A DNA stretch of 64,000 nucleotides, taken from Octopus sinensis. Lineage: Eukaryota. The translations under genes were made by a program, and so were the position numbers. The notes under the pieces are model-generated. The model made no database searches. It was given only the letters and a program-made list of their open reading frames with translations, and was not told the origin of the DNA. Shown piece by piece: positions 13,526 through 27,574 of this stretch (position 1 is its first letter; each line of letters starts with the position of its first letter). The stretch is taken from NCBI RefSeq assembly GCF_006345805.1, contig NC_042997.1, positions 147,870,001 through 147,934,000 of the forward strand, written 5' to 3'.

Positions 13526-15039
13526 TAAAGAATAGAATGAAACAGCAAAAGCGCGAAAATTATCTCATGCAACTATATATGAACAACAAGAAGGATGTTC
13601 CAAATTTCACAATACTTTCTTGGAATGCTTAACAGATACTGAAAGATGAAATAACGAATATTTCACCTAAGAAAAGAAAAGTAATTATTTAATCCCAAAG
13701 CAAAGAAAAAGCAAAACGCCATATTGCAGAGCAATAACCTTCTCTGTGTGCAGAAGTCAACGTATGATAGGAAAAAAGCTTCTTAGAAAGGATACCGCAA
13801 ATAATCAAGGCCTTAACTAATGAACAAAAGAAATAAAGTGTTTCAACATTTCTTGGATTTAATATCATTTATTACCGTAAGCTTCATAACGATGTTCATA
13901 ATCCGTAGATCGTAAAAACACTATCTATGAATAATGTAGAAATACCAAACATATAACAAATAAACGTTCGACAAAAGAAGTAGATTGGGGGTATTATATA
14001 AACGAATTCAATCTTATTAGAAGAGAAATATTCTAAAGAGACTCGAGACTTGATCATTCTGTTACTTTTTGTTGGGCGTTATCTCATTGAAATTGCATGT
14101 TATATCAAATTCGACTCGGGTAATAATTCTATAGGAGGACAATGAACTGGATTTTGTACATAGTTGTACTCACATTGTAAGATGTTGATGAAAACTGAAA
14201 GCACTATTACATATGGTACACAGATTTGGTGGATAAATTGGCTTAAAATACCTGTTACGAAAAAATGCACTATTGGAAAGAGGGAATTTAATAAAGTCAG
14301 AATAATAACAGAATTTTAATAATATTTTAAAGAACTATGACTTAAATGGTTTTTATACATTTTCATGAACCAATAAAAATTTTGGGAATTCAGATCAATG
14401 TATTCTTATCATGTGACACTAAATGAATTTTCGATTCTGAATATATAAAATGAAATTTCAAAATATGAAAACTGCAGTTTATTAAGACGTAAACTTTTTT
14501 TGCACTGCATCAGAGGGAAAGCTTTTCTGGAAACAAACCAGTACAGACAAAATAATATGCTCCCCATATACTATCTTCTTTTGTTCTAAAGGGATTAAAT
14601 ACAGCATAGAACATTCTATGATCTATACTTTGATAAATATATTTTGCAGATATAATATCTAAACCAAAGCAAATATTTTAAAAATTAAAGAAGCAAACAT
14701 ACTACCTGAAAATCTTCCAACAAAATCCCATGAATGATCGAAGTCCTTGAAAGAAGATATATTAAGGATATGTGAAAAGAAGCAAATCAATTAAATTTAT
14801 CATAGATATCACAGATAATTCAGTATATGCCCTGCAGTCAGAACTAATCAAATGGGTAATGTATCGATTTAACAACCAACTCACGAGTTACACACAAGAA
14901 TGCACCCTTAAATTGCCGTTTCAAATCGCAAATACAAGTACATTTAACCACGAAGTTAAATCATCGAAACAGAAGAAAAAAGAAGGGGTAGGACAGCAAC
15001 AGTAGCGGCGCATGGTGTACAACTTGTAGGAGACGTAGC

Positions 15040-15040
15040 T

Positions 15041-15101
<61 letters not shown>

Positions 15102-15126
15102 CACCACCACCACCACCACCATCATC

Positions 15127-15166
<40 letters not shown>

Positions 15167-15230
15167 TCACCACCACCACCATCACCACTACTACTACTAC
15201 TACTACTATTACCACCACCACTACCACCAT

Positions 15231-15269
<39 letters not shown>

Positions 15270-15301
15270 CATCATCACCACCACCACCACCACTACTACT
15301 A

Positions 15302-15332
<31 letters not shown>

Positions 15333-15405
15333 GAACATTGTCACCCAAACCCCAAAACCACCACCACAACTGTTACCAACACTGCCCTCCCACCGTCCAA
15401 AAATT

Positions 15406-15439
<34 letters not shown>

Positions 15440-15740
15440 CACTACCACCACAACCATTACGAACACTGCCACCCAACGCCCAAAACTACCACCATCACCA
15501 CCACCACAACTATTAACAACACTGCTACCCTCCCCCAAACTACCACACTACTGCTACCACCGCCACCACCACCACCACCACCGCAACCGTTACGAACACT
15601 GCCACCCAACGGACAAAACTACCACCACCACCACTACCACCACCACAACTGTTACCAACACTACCATTCCACCGTCGAAAACACTACTACTACTACTACT
15701 ACTACTACTGTTGCTGCTGCCGCTGCTACTGCTGCTGCAG
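15040..15740. repeat. Compound (CTA)/(CCA) repeat with three ~130-bp higher-order units
   Basis: Unit marker ACGAACA(C/T)TG(C/T)CACCCAA at 15331, 15459 and 15592. Confidence 0.85.
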
Positions 15741-16047
15741 AAGTGGATGATGATGCTATTCGTAAAAGAAACAAGACTAACAAAATAAATCTACTTTCTA
15801 AAAGGAAATATATAGGAAATCAATTTGTCACTTTTAATCAGTTTGTAGCATTATTTCCAGAAAGTTCACATTCACACAAGTTGCGCAATGGACGCCTTCT
15901 AGTTAAGAAAATATGTGAATAGAGGCATAAATACTATTGTTTTCCAATTATGTTTTCCAGGCAAAGCAAGGAAAAAAGCCTAGTATATTTGATTTTAAAA
16001 AGCTACAATATGATAAAATCATAAAAAAAGCATTTGAAAGCAAGCAA

Positions 16048-16744
<697 letters not shown>

Positions 16745-17192
16745 GTAACAAATAAGTATTAGCCTTATTCAATTACTGACGAGTAATCCGATTCCCCGAA
16801 ACACTTGACAACATTCCCCACAACTTTCTACATTTAGTATGATATATCGGCTGGAATTTTACAGATTTTAGTTTAAAATAACTGGATTATTCTTATCAAA
16901 TTTGGTAAATTAGAAACAGTGAATTATACTGATCTGATAAATGTAAGGGATAATAAAGAATACTAAAGCAATGAAACAAAAGAAAATGTAATAATACATT
17001 AACAAAATAATTTATTTTTTGTTTTTGTACAGTTTAAACAGATTTAACGAATGAAATTTCGGCATTAAACAACACAAAAAGAAGAGAAAAAATTACAAAC
17101 AGAGAGGAAGAGAGATAACGAAAGAGAGAAGAAGAGAGAGAGTGTTAGAAAGAAGAAAAGAGAGGAATGATGAGAGAGGTAGAGAAAGAATT

Positions 17193-17195
<3 letters not shown>

Positions 17196-17258
<63 letters not shown>
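17196..17258. repeat. (AG)n microsatellite
   Basis: Direct reading. Confidence 0.95.
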
Positions 17259-17262
<4 letters not shown>

Positions 17263-17802
17263 TAAAAACGAAGAAAAAGATCAGACGCAATAACCGAACA
17301 ATAACTAAATATCAACGAAGCGGTTTTATTTAATTGTCTCTCTCTCTCTTTATACACTTGTAGTGATTATCATTAATTTAATTTAATTTAAGTGTAAGAT
17401 CTCTTTTTAACCTACTCACAACGACTCTTGTTAAATGAGTGGTTCTTTATTTACATTATTCATTGGAGTTCGATAATGAACATTATATATAAAGACCAAC
17501 TTTATACAATTTTTTTAGTAAATAATTATTTGAATTATTGACTAATTCTTTATAATTTTTTTGTTTGTTTGTTCGTTCCTACGAGCATCATTCTCTTTCT
17601 TTCTATATATCGTTCTCTAAAACCTATTTCTATCATCTCCGCATTAAGCACACACGACTCTTTTAAATTTATTGGTTTTTTTTCATGTATCAGTCATTAA
17701 ATCAGGTGGAACGATCTTTGGTTTCTTAGTGCAATCACAGAGATTAATTTCGTTACGGCTTTTGCCTCCATCTTAAAAAACAACAATAAACACACACATT
17801 CT

Positions 17803-17913
17803 CATACATACATACATACATACATGCATACATACATACATACATACATATATACATACATACATACATACATACATACATACATACATACATACATACA
17901 TACATACATACAT
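17803..17913. repeat. (CATA)n microsatellite
   Basis: Direct reading. Confidence 0.95.
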
Positions 17914-18051
17914 TCGTACGAACTCACGTGAGAAACACTTCATAAGCATCCTACCTCCCAAATTTCATTCAAATTATGACAGTGTATCGACTTTACATGA
18001 AGTAATGTACTCCAAGATACACTTTGAATAAGAGATAGTAATGGCTGACCT

Positions 18052-18340
18052 GGAGTTTGTTTGTTCCTTCTCGAGCCATGCATGGCTCATAAGGGCCGGT
18101 TTACCGGTTTCCTTGGCGTATAGGTTCCCCACGTGCACGGGACGCCGGTCCATCGCAGGTGAGCTGTAAGATGCAGGAGGAAAGAGTGAGAGAAAGTTAT
18201 GGGGAAAGAGTCAGCAGAAGTTCGCCATTACCTTCTGCTGGAGCCGCGTGGAGCTTAGGTGTTTCGGTCATAAACACACACATCGCCCGGTCTGAGATTC
18301 CAATCCACGATCCCTCGACCGAGTGTCCGTTGCTCCATTG
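18052..18340 (-). mobile_element. tRNA-derived SINE family B (tail type 2, V-domain-like)
   Basis: Head and body match 2630-2800. The tail reads CCTGCGATGGACCGGCGTCCCGT...GGAAACCGG...CCCTTATGAGCC on the minus strand. Confidence 0.75.
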
Positions 18341-19334
18341 ATCTGGAGTTAGATAGCAACATCAACAGAATAGGGACGGATGAACTCTTGCAAAGAAAAA
18401 CAAAATAGGAACGAGTGTGGGAGAAAAAGTGAACGAGAGAAAGAGAAGGAAGAGAAGAGAGACGCAGAAAGGAAAAGAGAGAGAAAAGAAAAAAGGAAAA
18501 AGCATAAAATAAAAGCTAATTTGTTCCTTGTTTGGTTGGAATATTCCAATGGTGTTACAACTCGTTAAATTAAGATAAGAAATTTATCAAGTAGAGTGCT
18601 TGCATGTGCTGCCCGAGTTGCGAGAGATCACAGCTAAAGCTCACTCTTTCGTAAGAGCAAGATGTATGGTACAAATTGTAGTTCCCAAAAGAGACAGGAT
18701 GGTCAAGGCTGGAATGTTTTTGATCATAAGTCTACTTGATCAGTGTTGAACTAAGATTAAACAATACAAGAAATCCACTAGCTGTCTGATGTTCTAAACA
18801 ACTTTTATGTTCCAATGTAAGGTTCCTGGACGAAGTTACGAGTTTGAACTAAGGCGACACTGAATTGGTGGTAAGCCAAATAAGCGGTAACGAATTTCTT
18901 GGAAGGTTTACTCTTTCATAGATATTTCGTCAGAACAGCAAAATGGACGGCAGTTAATCAAAACTTTTAGCATTCTAAAAGTTTAGAATTGAATAGATTC
19001 GATCGGTTCTCTTGAATAAAAATGCTGGCCCGCCTATCAATTATTGACCTTTGGCAAACTAACAAGCATCAAAATGATCATCCCACTTACTGCAACATTA
19101 CTTGCCACTACTATAAACACAAAGACTATCAAGAAAACAAAGCCACTACCATCAACTACACCAAATAAAATACTTTACAATGTACGACTATTTACAGCAA
19201 CACTAATAATATTTCAATACTACAATAAAACCACTATCGACCATAAAAGTGTTTTCTTTTAATCAGATACAAATGCGCTATATTTTAATTTACTATGGGA
19301 ACTGAGGATTCTTTGACATTCATGCCGTTCTCAA

Positions 19335-19445
19335 GGGCAATAATTATATCAATTGTCGGAGGCCTGGGAACAGTGAGGAAAAATCTTGAGAAGTACATAG
19401 AACAAATAGGGGCTGCAATAAGGGTGGAGCACTTGCAGAAAACAG
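19335..19445 (+). mobile_element. R4/Dong LINE C-terminal fragment
   Basis: IIISIVGGLGTVRKNLEKYIEQIGAAIRVEHLQKT; near-identical to the minus-strand copy at ~20285-20375. Confidence 0.8.
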
Positions 19446-19699
19446 TAGAGTGCTTGCCCGAGTTGCGAGAGATCACAGCTAAAGCTCACTCTTTCATTAG
19501 AGCAAGATACATGGCATAAATTGTAGTTCTACATAGTCCCAAAAGACTGCAAACAACAAATGAAAATGTGCCGCTTGAAAGAAGCATTTATTTTGCTTTA
19601 GGTCTAATCGGTACATTATTAGCCAAAATATTAGTCTAAAGAATTGACCCTAGTATATACCTGGTGCAGAAATGAACAATACGGAAACGATAAGCTGTA

Positions 19700-20028
19700 T
19701 AGATAATTAGATGTGTTTCGGCCTGTATTGGCCCAGGCCGTGTCTAACTTAAAAATATTTAATGATGCTTCATATTACAATCATTCTTTCGGCACCGCGG
19801 CTCATTCGAATAAAGGGTTATTGTTTGCAGAGATATATCCAGGTGTAGGTGGTTTTTCTGGAATTTATTGGCGATATTCATTCAGAATACTTTCGAATGT
19901 TAGGGAAATCTTTTCTTTTCTTACGTTTGTTAGCATGATATTAAAGAGAGCACGTGGTGTTGGATGAATAAAGTTTGAGTTTCTCAAGATGATCCCAAAA
20001 TATAGGCCAGTCTTGTCGGTTATTTTCC
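19700..20028 (-). mobile_element. CR1/L2-group LINE 3' end, old copy of the 57805-59725 family
   Basis: Minus strand IPEKPPTPGYISANNNPLFE, and 3' tail TTAGACACGGCCTGGGCCAATACAGGCCGAAAC matching 59684-59716. Confidence 0.8.
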
Positions 20029-20029
20029 T

Positions 20030-20159
<130 letters not shown>

Positions 20160-21365
20160 GCCTTTGCACAGCTTTTAACGCTGGAGGTGTACTACGGTTT
20201 CAGCTGTTCGCTAATAGTGAACTAAGGTAACACCTCTTAATTTACGGGCACCTTTACGGAGTATTCGAACGGTTCCAAGCAGAGCTGTTTTTTACAAGTA
20301 CTCCACCCTTATTGCAGCTCTTATTTGTTCTTATCAAGATTTTTGCTCACTGTTCCCAGGGCTCCGACAATTATTGGTACTACCACCATATTTTTCATCG
20401 ACCACAACTGCTTTTCCTGTCATATCCTGTCATATCTATCGACTTTTCTATCTTTCTTATCGCATACTTTGTTGCCAGCTGGGCATACTATGTTTATCGG
20501 CCGACATAGATTGCTTTCTTTCTCAATTAAGACTACGTCTGGCTTACTATTCTTTATTTCATGTTAGCACTGAATCAAAATCCCACAAGAACTTTGCTTT
20601 ATCATTTTCGATGATGCTTTCGGGTGTATGGTCGTACCAATCTTTATGCTCTGTCAAGTCCTTACATGTTGCAAATATCCAATGGACAATCTTTGCTATA
20701 TTGTCGTGGTATCTCTTATATTACTTCTGGGCTTGTGGCGTACATTGGCTAGTAATTTGCCATATGGTTTCACCGTTTTGTCCACAGATTCTGCACTTAT
20801 TACATTCTGATGTGCTATCTATTCTGTAGATTGTTCTAAGTGCTTGCTCTTGGGCAGCACAGGTTAGAGCCTTCGTTTTCGGTTTTAGATCACTTTTTGT
20901 CATCCACAGCCATCTTTTTTCTCTGTCTGTCTTATCTTCAATATCCATGTAGTCCCTTCTTGCGTAATACTTCTTTATGTCCTTTTTGTGTTTCTTAGTT
21001 TGTTTTCCCTTTCTTCTCTACTCTCAATACTCCCTTGTTCCTAACTATCACTAGCAATGTTTCCTTACTTTGGGCTAGGTGTCTCATTAAGCTCTCGGGT
21101 TCGATACGTCTGCAGTCTTCCACATTTAACAACCCTCTTCCTCCATTTGCTCTCTTCATGTATGGGCGATCAGTGTCTGCACGTGAATGACGGGCTCCAT
21201 GCATCGCTAGGAGTTTTCCTGACTTCCTGTCCATCTCTTTTAGGTCCTTCCCTGTCCACTTCAGGATTCCAGCGCCATGCCGAACTACTGTCTGCGCGGG
21301 CGAAATTGTTCCTGGCATTCAGCTTTGAAGCCAATATTTTTTCTCACTAGCCTCACGCATTCACT
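20160..21365 (-). mobile_element. R4/Dong-clade LINE, 5'-truncated and frameshifted
   Basis: ORFs 20995-21318 (RANGGRGLLNVED) and 20721-20948 (AAQEQALRT...CRICGQNGETIWQITSQC), followed by the RHD-like YHDNIAKIVHW, a PD-type RLE region and LQKTALLGTVRILRK-like terminus. (TAA)n on both sides. Confidence 0.92.
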
Positions 21366-21386
21366 TTATTATTATTATTATTATTA

Positions 21387-21463
<77 letters not shown>
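21366..21463. repeat. (TTA)n microsatellite between two R4 elements
   Basis: Direct reading. Confidence 0.95.
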
Positions 21464-21464
21464 T

Positions 21465-24430
21465 TCATCACTTATGTCGATTGTGGAGAAACTACTAACT
21501 GTAGTAATTTAGATTTTTCTTTCTTCTAAGAGTTCTTGATATTAGTTCGTAGTAAACGTATTTCTTTGCCCCAAGTTTCGTAAATATCTCCTTCCAAGTT
21601 TAGATACCGCAGAATATTAATATTATCCTTTTCCTCTTTACATAATCTTTTATCCCCAGTTGACATTACAGCAATTATCAAACAAATTCCTTTGTCTTTT
21701 TCGGCAATAACAACATCAGGGATTCTCTTACGTCACAAGATTGGATGATAAACTTCTGAAGTAGCTCCCCTACAATAATGGCGCACGCTAGCGATCATAT
21801 CCTTTCTGTATTTTGCTGATGTTTCTTGCACATCTAACAGTATAAAAACCCTGGAAGTGTTTAGCATGATTCTTTGTGTTCCTTTTCAGTTAGTGTACTT
21901 CACTCAAAATGCGACTGATTGTTTCTTCCTACAGTCCATCTAGGCAATATCCTGATGACTACGTGTTTATTGAAATTATATTTCATATAATTAGTTAATA
22001 AGGATTACCGTTGCGTTGTACATATTATAGGCTTCATTCTTGACCTGGAGGTATGATCTTCGCATCATTCGATTGATGCTTGCTTATCTATTCTACTTTC
22101 TAACTCTCTCATAAATTGGCCATACATCAATTTATCCACCCTTTTTCCTTTAGCTTATCATTCTTTATTCATAATCATTCCTTCAATTCCACTTTCACAC
22201 CTTATTCAACTTTCATAGCTTTGATCTAACAATCTTCTCAACGTAGCCATCAATTTTTTTTTTCATTTTTTAATACAGTTTTGCAGCAGCTCAAGAAACA
22301 CCATCCACCTTTGGTTTTGGGAAGAAAATTTTATCCATATCACTTTTTGGATTGCTGTTCGTGTTTTTGCACACATTTACCTGAGATTTTCTTTGCTTGT
22401 GTCAGCTAATTTATAGCTAAATCTTGTTTTTTTTAACCCTTTCAGTTTGCTTTTAAAAAACAACTTCAACTCTCTAAAGTATTCTTTTACAGATGCCCTG
22501 ATTTCAATATGCCCAAATGTTTGTATCCACTGCTCACTTAGTCTTTTATTACCTGTTCATTTTGTAACAAAATTCCATCTGATGACAACATACTTTTTGA
22601 TCATGAAATCCAACCCCATAGCTTTGTTCAATATAGGAACAGTGTGAAGTAATAAAACTTATTGATTTTACTCTTTTCATTGAGTTTACGATCTGAACAG
22701 CAGATTACTTCTTTTGGATATACTTCTTAAATTATGCCCAATATTAGTTTTTCGTAAAATAGGAGTTATAGGTATGCGCAAGTATAAGGAACAGTAGTGG
22801 TGATGAAGAATATTCTTGGCATCAACGCCACCAATTTATCCGGTGATGTAAATTCAAACTCCCAGTTTTTAATGTCACACTGAAAGAAGATACTGGCACC
22901 ATCTGCACTTTAAATAACCTCATGACTTTTATTATCCATGTGTTGGTATCCAAATCAGATACGCTTGTGTAACCTATCCATGACACTACCAAGCTTGTAT
23001 ATCTTCACTTCACGGCATCACGGTATCAATCATAGAATCAAATGTTGTTGTACACCGCTGGTCACAATGCGTTTAGCAGTGTCTTAGCTTTCGAATGAAG
23101 TCATCCCGCTGGCTAGGCGGTCAGGTTGTATCATCGCTTACAAGCTAAAAATATCATAGTCTACTAGATACTAATCTGTAACTGTTTCCCCTTTTCCAAC
23201 AACAGATGAGGTAATAAAGATAAGAAATAAGTAATATTATCTACAATATTTCCAGTCAAACGCTTCCGCATCGAGGAAAAGCATATTACGGCAACTATTG
23301 CCGGCAGTATGTTACTTTAAAAGGTCCGTTAACACCAGAGTAGTTTTACCCTCTGTCATCCATGAGACCAGCTTTCTCTCACTAGAGATTATTTGAATCA
23401 GTTCACAAATATTCTTTTATATATTGATTTGAATTCCATGAATCTTTAGCTTAGAGTGCCATCAGAGCTCGGGTCTTTCCAATAAGAAATTTACGTAATT
23501 GCCACTCCTTATTTATCATCATTATAGAATATACATTTTCCTATTTAGTGATTTTATTTTTATTGTCTATCTCTGTCATTCATCATTCAGCTTCAAAATT
23601 ATGGATTTCTTCACTAAATTTCTTTCTAAAGCTAATTAATTTTTTCTTCTGCGTATTTGATAGTCCCTGTTCTTGACTTTCATTTCTAGTCAACTTATTG
23701 TGTCCCGATTTCTGATCCACACTGTATTTACTATTTCAGTATTTTCATTGATCTTTCCTTTTTGGCCGAAACCCTCTATTTCAACTTCTTTAATACAACA
23801 GTTATAACTTTCAATTTTATCTCCTGCTTCTTTTCCAAATCAGCATTCCCTTCGGATTCAGTTAACCTTTTCCTCTCTTTCCAATAAATTTACATCAGAG
23901 CTCTATATTTTTATAAACCCCTATATTATCCTTTATAAGCATTGTCTTAGCGTTCCTTCCTGCCTAAGGTGTATTTCAATCCTGATTTAATGGTCACATA
24001 TGTATTAGCTGCTTTTGCCAAATTATTAATTTCAGCTATATTTCTAGTAGCTATAAGATGGGTAATTCCATTTACTATTTTGCTATATCTTCTAGTTTGG
24101 CTATATCACCTATTTTATACGCTTTTCTGCAACCAAAGTCTTTCTTTGCTATAATTTGAACAATTTCCCTATACATTTCTCCTTCACCTAATCCTTTACA
24201 ATCATTACACAATGTGTTTCCTCCTTCTTGCACCTCTATAACAGATTCAACCAGTTCATTTCCTTGAAAATTATCTACATGCCATTCCATTCAGCTGGAC
24301 CTTATATATCATCTAAGTACACTTGTGAAATTTTCTGCTTAATTGCTTCAAGTTCCAATTCAGTAAACCTCCCATTTTCCTTATTGCCCTGCTCTGGTCA
24401 CAAATTCTTTGCTAGCTAATATCGAACAAA
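21465..24430 (-). mobile_element. Older, heavily decayed R4/Dong LINE (probably long copy)
   Basis: Minus-strand relics RIPDVVIAEKDKGICLIIAV (RLE) near 21670-21730, KGGWCFL near 22280-22300, and DQSRAIRKMG (N-terminal region) near 24370-24400. Confidence 0.65.
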
Positions 24431-24789
24431 TCCCCATCTTATTGTTATGAGTAGAATCGATGGAGTGTTGGTAAAAAGCCTTGTGATATTTGTTCAGGTA
24501 CTTAACATTCTAGTTCGAAACCCGCTATGGTGAACATCACCTTTACTATCTCCAGGCCCAATAACAAGATCGATTACATCGACTAACCTTTCTCCTAAAA
24601 CGATTCTGGCCTAAATTTAAATAAATCAAACTGTCCTCATCCCAATAACCCATCATAATTATCGCATCATCTTCATCACCTTCGTCGTCGTCGCCATCAT
24701 AATCAGAATAGCTGTCAAGAGTTGTGGTCAATTTTACAAACTAGACCCATTCCGTTAAAAATTGCTGTCCTCTTATAACAAAATTGAAA

Positions 24790-24822
24790 CTATTATCATC
24801 ATCATCATCATCATCATCGTCA

Positions 24823-24886
<64 letters not shown>

Positions 24887-24917
24887 CATCATCATCTTAA
24901 TCATCATCATTATCATT

Positions 24918-24970
<53 letters not shown>

Positions 24971-24980
24971 TATTATTATT
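24790..24980. repeat. (ATC)/(ATT)n compound microsatellite
   Basis: Direct reading. Confidence 0.95.
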
Positions 24981-25155
24981 AAGGCAGCCTGCTGGCAGAA
25001 TGATTGGAACACTGGGAAAAATGCTTAGCGGCATTCCGTCTGTCTTTACGTTCTGTGTTCAAATTCCACCGAGGTCAACTTTACCTTTCATCCTCTTGGA
25101 GTCGATAAATTAAGTGCTAGTAAAACGCCGGGGTCGATGTAATCGAATACTCCAC
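24981..25155 (+). mobile_element. SINE family A monomer
   Basis: AAGGCAGCCTGCTGGCAGAA...GTTCAAATTCCACCGAGGTCAAC...GGGGTCGATGTAATCGA. Confidence 0.85.
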
Positions 25156-25169
25156 ATTCCCAACTAGAG

Positions 25170-26850
25170 TGAGTATTCTGTAGAGCTGCAGATAAGGATA
25201 GCATAGGCTCTCCACAGTTCGTGATTTGTACTGTCGACTAAGATACGTTTCATAGACAGGGACCCTGTTACTGGAAGCTGAATATGTCGTTCCCGGCGAG
25301 TAAAAATTTCAGAGACCGGATTAGTGAACTAGATAAGACGGCATTAATGGGGGCAATAATTAACAATAAATGGCGGAACGCCTTAAAAAGGGCGATTAGA
25401 ATAGAATGGATAAGGTTTAGCAAATGACTAGCAGTAGAAAGGAAGAGAGTAGAGGCAGAATTAGTCAAGAAATTAGACGAGGCTTTTAGAAAAGGCATCG
25501 CGACCGATGTGCTCGCAGCAAGATTGATACTCGGCCAGTTCTTTAACGCGGAACACGAAAGTTGCGTAGTCAGAGCTAAGGTACGAGCACTTAGACATGA
25601 CGAGACAAAGCCATCCAATGGGCCCGAATGGTAGAGGAACGGCGTGGCAGTAAATACACGGTCCGATCCTTGCTGGACGACGACGGGCAAATGATAATTG
25701 ATCCGAGACAGATGTGTGTAACCTTTGAGCGGTGTTTCGCTCAACTGTTTGGGAGCAGCCGTAGGATGGATTTTGCGCCCTACCTCGACGGGCGGCCGCG
25801 GCTCTCAGTGATAGAGGTGAAGCGCTGCGAAAGGCCAACAAAAGGTTTTGAAATATGGGAAGCAATGTCACAAGGGGTAAATCACCTCATTTGGATGGTC
25901 TGCCCTACGAGCTTTACGCTTCCGTGCCAGACTTGTTCGGCGACCACTTAGCATAAGTCAACTGCAACTGGCTATAAAATGGAAGAATTCCCCAGTTTTG
26001 TGAACCGAGGAGCAGTGGTGTTTCTGAGAAAAGACCCGAAGAAGGGGGATTATATTGACAACTTTAGGCCCATAACTCTGCTGATTGTAGAATTCAAAAT
26101 TTTGGCCAAGGTGTTGACTACGAGTTTGGCGCTTGTCGTCAGGAATCTGGGAGGGGAAGCACAGACACGTGCCATCCCGAAAAGAATCATCTACGACAAC
26201 CTCCACCTCTGGAGCCTTGATCAATTTAGATCAATTTGGATCAGTCGACCACCTATATTGAAATGCTGGTCCTCAAGAAAGCTGGTTTCGGGCCTGTATT
26301 CAGCGGCTGGATCACTGGAATGCACAGCGAGATCTGTTCAGTGGTCAGAGTGAACGGTCACTTCTCGGAGCCGTTCAACATCATGCGTTCAGTCCGGCAA
26401 GTTTACCTCTCTCGTCTATCTTGTATATACTGACTGTCAATCCACTACTACACAAACTAGAGACGTTGAGAGGCATACCGCGTGACCTAAGATGTAGGAG
26501 ATACGTGTCAGCTTATGCGAACAACGCGCCACCCAAGTGGGGCAGGATAAGAAACACATAGAAATTATCGGCACCGCTCTCCGGGACTACAAGGCGGTTT
26601 CAGGAGCGACTATTAACCAGGAAAAACCACTGAGCTTGCGACTCAGCACCTGGAGAAGTAAGTCCATGCCATCCAACTGTGTCGTTGGGCGCTGGGCGGA
26701 CGGGTTTAATTGCTTCGGGTCTGGATCAGTTCAGACCTCCAAATGGATAAAACCTGGGACGAGGTAACGAGCAGGGTGACTGCTCTCACCCAGAAATGGG
26801 CCAGGAGAAAGCTATCCATGAAAAGTCGGGCAGCCTCTCCATTTCAGGCT
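25170..26850 (+). mobile_element. Tx1/L1-clade LINE ORF2 pseudogene (RT region)
   Basis: KSPHLDGLPYELY, GAVVFLRKDPKKGDYIDNFRPITLLIVEFKILAKVL, VVRVNGHFSEPFNIMRSVRQ, SAYAN(N) (cf. YADD), YKAVSGATINQEK, with frameshifts. GC content is higher than the flanks. Confidence 0.9.
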
Positions 26851-27072
26851 CTGTTTTTGCGAACAGTTTTAAATCATCCATCAATGAACAGAAGGTGGTT
26901 GAGATGAAGTCCATTCTTTCTCAGTTCATAGGGTGCGTTGAACTACAGAACTACAGAAAGTAGGATCAAGAATATAAAAAATAACAGAGGTGAAAAAGAG
27001 TCTCCTTGGGAGATACTTCTTTTGACTGTTACCTCGCTGATGTTACAGTGCTGATGTTACAGGAAAGACGTA

Positions 27073-27089
27073 TATTATTATTATTATTA

Positions 27090-27181
<92 letters not shown>

Positions 27182-27189
27182 TTTGTTGT

Positions 27190-27220
<31 letters not shown>

Positions 27221-27242
27221 ATTATTATTATTATTACTATTA
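27073..27242. repeat. (TTA)/(TTG)n microsatellite
   Basis: Direct reading. Confidence 0.95.
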
Positions 27243-27485
27243 TATGTTTGATTTTTGCTTTGTATTTGTACAAGTTGACTCCAAGTCTCAGCCAGAAACC
27301 TCAAGAGACAAGTTAAAAGTTCAAGTCGGTATTTTATCTAGAGTGTAATATATTTGGTTTTGCACATGTCCCAAGCAATGTTGATTTTTGTAGGTGCTGG
27401 TAGTTGCATAGTGATACTTCCAACTGCACCAATTAATATTGGTATTAAGAATACTTTCTTTAGTGACCACAGCATTCAGTTACTA
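27243..27485 (-). mobile_element. R4/Dong 3'-end fragment inside (TAA)n
   Basis: Minus strand LWSLKKVFLIPILIGAVGSI ... HLQKSTLLGT. Flanked by TTA arrays at 27073-27242 and 27500-27603. Confidence 0.7.
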
Positions 27486-27500
27486 TCATCCTCAACATCA

Positions 27501-27574
<74 letters not shown>

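Noticed and set aside
14956-15922. Long ORFs (137-194 aa; poly-S/G, poly-V, T/P/H-rich)
   Set aside because: Translations of (CTA)/(CCA) repeats that are open in several frames, with no domain or splice evidence.
25268-25871. Minus-strand ORFs of 158 and 132 aa
   Set aside because: Antisense shadows of the Tx1-like LINE on the plus strand.
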